A DNA stretch of 64,000 bases. Origin: Mytilus californianus (lineage: Eukaryota). Positions 60,901 through 64,000 of this stretch are shown here, one piece after another. The notes beneath the pieces are model-generated. The model searched no databases, was not told the origin of the DNA, and saw nothing but the letters and a program-made list of their open reading frames with translations. The translations under genes and the position numbers were made by a program. Within the stretch, counting starts at the first letter, position 1; every line of letters begins with the position of its first letter. Location of the stretch: positions 10,788,001-10,852,000 of the forward strand of contig NW_026262745.1 in assembly GCF_021869535.1 (NCBI RefSeq). The letters run 5' to 3'.

Positions 60901-63900
60901 AAACATTGTACATCAAAGGAGGATACAGTGTGTGGAGAACCGCAGTACGTAGAAGTACTGTTTTTATTAGTAACATCTACAAGTATAGTGTGGCAAGTAC
61001 TACAGTTGTTCCGGAGACCATTAATATAATTATTTAAAGGGTTAAAATTACTCAATCTGTATTTTACTGTGTATTGTATCATGTTTCTCTTTGTTTTTGT
61101 TTATTTACAATGTTGTTTTTTCATTGCCCCTTTTGATTTCTTCTCATGTTAACAACTTATAAAGCAAGATCGTCGACTCCGAAAAAAAAACCCTGAAAAA
61201 AACAATAAATTTCATGCGTTCGAATCACTTTTCTGGATTAACCTTCATCAGGAAAGCTGAAAGCCGAATATTTCCCAAATGTCCCGAAGTTTTGCATTTG
61301 CATTTGATATTTGATATAGTGATGAACTCAATAAAAGACAGTGTGCTTTTTTGTCCAATTATTTTAAGAAGTTTAAAAAACACTAATAATTTGTACAAAC
61401 AAATCGTTTTATTGTTATACATATTTGTAATTTATGTTTTAAGGTCAATTGTTAAAAAGGACACAGTTGAAACAGGTAAGTGTACAATATTTGAAGGAGA
61501 TTGTGATCTGACAACTGAATGAAAACTTAAAAGCCGCGATCCGTCTTTCAGCAACCAAATCAGTTTCCATTGAGAGTAAAACTTGGAATAAAAAAAGAGA
61601 AGAGCAAATTTCCGCAACCATACGAAATAAAAGAAAGCAAAGACACAAATTATGTAAGCTTTGATTGAAAACTTCAAACTTTAAAAGTTTGATTACTACT
61701 AGTAATTATATCGAAATAGTAAACGAGTTATAGCAATAAATAGTATTAATGGTCAAAGAATTTGTTAAAATATTCAAATAAAATGAAGCAGGCATTAAAT
61801 CCAATATACTGAGATGGAAAACAGAATTGTATAGTACAAACCATACAAGCAGATTAAAGACTTGATAACTTGAAAGATCGAACTTGGTCTGATTTTCTCT
61901 ACATTCATTCGTTTCATATGGTCAGTGTTATTCAATATGGACTGCTGATAGTGTATATACATATTTCCGCCAAATATATCGCTTACAAGTAGACAATGAT
62001 TGATTATTGATTAATTGTTGTTGTTTAGGTAACGTTGAATTGCAAATACTTCATGTTCGAGAAAATTCTAGGGATGACCATATTTCTATACCCAATCAAT
62101 CCCTGAGATTTTTTAGATTTGCAATCGAAAGTCCGTCGTAAAGTTATGATGTTCCGGTGTGAGTTTTTGGTGAACGTTGACCAGGTAAATTCTTAGCTTT
62201 GCGTTTTAATGAAAATATTCATAACGAATTATACATACAGGATTGTTTTAACAAACATATCCGTTTTACAAAGTTATAAGAATGCAATCATAAATATACA
62301 TGTTAAGTCTTGAACGTAATAATTTGATTTGTAGATGAAGGTGACGGACATACGATTTCTGTGGGATTACAATCAGGTATACCTATTATACTTTAAACAT
62401 TGTTCTTTAATTCGCATTGTATATTTTCTATCTCAAAGGATTCGACTTTATGGAAATGTAATACTTCCATGCAATTAGGAGCTTTTGAAAGTTCTATTGC
62501 AATTCACAATATAAAAATATTATCATATGTTTTTTTTTATTTTTGTATTGTAATGTTTTCATGTTTATAGCTGTTGATTCTCACTTTGAATCTTTGCATA
62601 GCTTTAAGGTTATAAAACTTCTAATAACTGTATTTACGACTGTCATATAATCATTTAAAAGTAATGGAATGCAATCATTCATTTATAGATAAGAAGTGTT
62701 TTATAGTTATTCCTTCCTTGTAACAATCATTCAGCAGATATTCAACAACTGTCATAATTTAGAAGGCCACAATAAAACACATGTACTACCATAATAATTG
62801 CAAATGAAACTTGCCGAATATGATTCCGTAAAATATTCCTTAATGCATAATTACAATTTCATATTTGCATTCGTTTTGTTTGTTTGTTTGTTTAGCGCTT
62901 CCAGCGACTTAAACCAAATAGAAAACACACAACACAAAACAAAATAAAATAAGAACACAAAACAACAACAACACACAAATCACTACAAAATGTATGAATG
63001 GACGGTATGTAATCAATATTTATATATGAGCAACAGTAGTAGTCACTAAATCCCAAATGTTCTTTTAGCTGTGTGTATTATTCATATATATATCAGATGT
63101 CTTTACTAATATCAAAGCATAAAATTGAAAATTAATTCAACAAAACAAATAAGATATGTCTGTTTTGCAGAGAGGAAATCTAGTGTTGTTAACGGATAAT
63201 TTTTATTATTTTGTTTTAAATTTTACGTCATCTTAGTTAGTCAAGGGTTACGGTCAGGTTTCGTGAAAATGTGGGGGCGGGATCGTAACTCTTTGCTACC
63301 GAAGATGATTTCACGTATGTACCAAGTTATAATATTAAACCTCCTCATTTTCAAATTTGTATTTGTAGATACAATTGCAGGAATTGTGTCTGCAGTAATA
63401 ATCATAATAATAATTATAATGATAATTGTTGGAGCATTTGGATATAGATACTGGAAATCGAAAAGAGGTAAAATTTAGTGAATAGCAATTGAATGGTTCG
63501 TTTAAGACACGTGTCATCCAGCTAAAATGGTAAAGTTTATAAAAGTCTATATCAAATGCCAAGCTCTACGTTTGAATACTAAAATGCCTGGGTGATAGTA
63601 TTACGCTCGATTATTACAAGTGATATAGACCAAGTGGCAGTAAATTCAGTTCAAATATGTAGCTGATCTTAATCCTTTGGCCTTTGTTAGATAGTCCATT
63701 GTCTCACTGGCAGTCACACATTTCCGTGTTTTAATCTACTTAATAGATACGCAACTGGAATACTACATAGCTTAAAAGGTAGTGCAATCTTATGACGTAA
63801 TTAAACTTGACCCTTTGGTATCCTACTATTGATGATAATAGCATGTACTTCCATTCGTATCGACCAAGTGTTATTAAATAAGAATTAAAATAAATTACAT

Positions 63901-63968
63901 TGCTGCTGTTGCAATAAAGGTACTGAATATTTTTCATCAACGTTCAAAAATTGTCGATTCTGGAAACA
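54759..63968 (+). CDS. TNFR-superfamily gene C (divergent paralog), 3'-partial
   Basis: join(54759-54926, 60757-60944, 61444-61475, 62335-62376, 63369-63467, 63920-63968, ...), open frame with phases 0/2/1/1/1/2 like A and B plus one extra stalk exon; same 12-Cys pattern; TM IAGIVSAVIIIIIIIMIIVGAFGY. Confidence 0.88.
55285..58060. mobile_element. Foldback/long-TIR non-autonomous DNA element (arms about 55285-56030 and 57345-58060)
   Basis: Arms are diverged reverse complements (e.g. ACTGGCACTTCCTGTTGAGCTTTTCTGGTAC / GTACCAGAAAAGCTCAACAGGAAGTGCCAGT); 21-bp subrepeats at 57285-57390. Confidence 0.85.
56160..56948 (-). mobile_element. HINE-like element with about 165-170-bp tandem units nested in the foldback element
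   Basis: TTATAGGAGTTGTTGCCCTT-type motif at 56217, 56379, 56546, 56718; terminus GGTGAGCGACACAGGCTCTTTAGAGCCTCT. Confidence 0.7.
59559..59760. mobile_element. Decayed repeat family 3
   Basis: AAGCAGGATCTGTTTACCCCTCCGGAACAC matches the reverse complement of 19500-19545. Confidence 0.7.
60757..60944 (+). CDS. Gene C CRD exon (188 nt)
   Basis: CTACAG|ESDIVIDPPYGSSSCIPCRPCKPGYYSDVHAYKCKLCTICTDLNKSERKHCTSKEDTVCGEP CA|GTACGT. Confidence 0.93.
61216..61257 (-). ncRNA. Hammerhead ribozyme relic, core intact
   Basis: GCUUUC-CUGAUGA-AGGUUAAUCCA-GAAA-AGUGAU-UC-GAACGC; stem III palindrome lost, one mismatch in stem I; antisense to gene C. Confidence 0.6.
61444..61475 (+). CDS. Gene C stalk exon 1 (32 nt)
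   Basis: TTTTAAG|...ACAG|GTAAGT, phase 2 to 1. Confidence 0.8.
62335..62376 (+). CDS. Gene C stalk exon 2 (42 nt)
   Basis: TTTGTAG|...TCAG|GTATAC; DEGDGHTISVGLQS. Confidence 0.7.
63369..63467 (+). CDS. Gene C transmembrane exon (99 nt)
   Basis: TTTGTAG|DTIAGIVSAVIIIIIIIMIIVGAFGYRYWKSKR G|GTAAAA. Confidence 0.88.
63920..63968 (+). CDS. Gene C juxtamembrane exon (49 nt)
   Basis: AAAG|...CA|GTCAGT, phase 1 to 2, same length as the gene A equivalent; GTEYFSSTFKNCRFWK. Acceptor is pyrimidine-poor. Confidence 0.6.
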
Positions 63969-64000
63969 GTCAGTTAGCTTCCTCGTTTCTATGGAAGAAG

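Noticed and set aside
63747-63778. Candidate short terminal exon for gene C (DTQLEYYIA*)
   Set aside because: The 49-nt exon at 63920-63968 matches paralog size and phase better.

Overview
AT-rich, intron-rich animal genomic DNA. The repeat families look like those of Mytilus mussels, an inference from remembered repeat sequences rather than a database search. Genes: (1) first coding exon of a CH-domain LIMCH1/LMO7-like gene on the minus strand at 7810-7917; (2) three paralogous TNF-receptor-superfamily genes (EDA2R/TNFRSF19/EDAR-like, two cysteine-rich domains, one TM helix). Genes A (minus, 15153-23907) and B (minus, 32384-39321) are complete 7-exon models reconstructed by hand with matching exon sizes and intron phases and no visible death domain. 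Gene C (plus, 54759 to >63968) runs off the window. The rest is a dense TE landscape: Naiad-type Penelope-like retroelement (PLE) fragments, a BEL/Pao fragment, a probable solo LTR, SINEs, MITEs, HINE-like elements, a 2.8-kb foldback element and minisatellites. Main discovery candidate: an apparent twister ribozyme (type-P5 permutation, no cis P1 helix, palindromes in its place) in the 3' non-coding region of a PLE and in two non-autonomous repeat families, supported by compensatory base changes between copies. About nine hammerhead-retrozyme relics are also present, one in the same intron of each TNFR paralog and one intact-looking and sense to the gene B pre-mRNA. All structures were folded by eye; none is experimentally or computationally verified.
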